DNA of 64,000 nucleotides from Selaginella moellendorffii (Eukaryota; Plantae; Lycopodiophyta): NCBI RefSeq assembly GCF_000143415.4, contig NW_003314331.1, positions 731,169 to 795,168 of the forward strand, read 5' to 3'. Shown piece by piece: positions 63,656 to 64,000 of this stretch (position 1 is its first letter; each line of letters starts with the position of its first letter). The notes under the pieces were generated by a model. It saw only the letters and a program-made list of their open reading frames with translations, ran no database searches and was not told where the DNA came from. The position numbers and the translations under genes were made by a program.

Positions 63656-64000
63656 TAATATTACTGTCATCTATTATGATGTCTGATGCATGTATACACA
63701 TAGATCCAAGGAAAGATTTTCAGCACGTGAAGTTTGATAGTTAATAATGATACCAATAATGACATTCTGCTATAACATGTCAAACCAAGAGATCCAATCT
63801 AACTATCAGCACGTGTGATATGTCAAGTTGTCAAATTTTAAGTGGTAGATGATAATAAATCTTGTCAAATTTTATTCTTCAATAACAGATTTGATTCGTA
63901 GTACAACTCAAGTTTTATCCATAATTGTGAACACTGCTCAATGACATTTAAAGCACGTGCCTATTGTTTAGGATCTAATACAACACAAAATAAATTTCTG

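Overview
Plant nuclear DNA. The very compact genes with 45-70 nt introns suggest a lycophyte such as Selaginella (inference). There are two assembly gaps (2053-2156, 63556-63655). 1-4000 is AT-rich, decayed repeat DNA. 4072-18182 holds five tightly packed intron-containing genes: SPO11-2, a peroxisomal 4CL-like acyl-CoA ligase, a POL/PLL-type PP2C, a MINPP-like histidine acid phosphatase and a GAT-like amino-acid transporter. 23741-56115 is a 32.4-kb nest of Ty3/gypsy-type LTR elements in which the four main elements can each be delimited by a 5-bp target-site duplication (TSD). Element A (non-coding, composite LTRs) sits inside an exon of an unknown decayed gene. Element B (a chromovirus) sits in A's 3' LTR. 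Element C (non-coding, three LTRs) sits in B's 3' UTR. Element D sits in B's gag. A decayed MULE/SWIM transposase ends the window. The most unusual observations are: (1) element D has two 5'-LTR+PBS halves in inverted orientation yet is bounded by one TSD; (2) B's integrase is interrupted by 47-53 nt GT/GC-AG intron-like inserts whose removal restores conserved motifs; (3) A's LTR is itself an LTR-PBS-internal-PPT-miniLTR unit; (4) B and C share a covarying multi-hairpin/T-loop RNA module in their 3' UTRs. All coordinates were derived by hand and no database searches were run.
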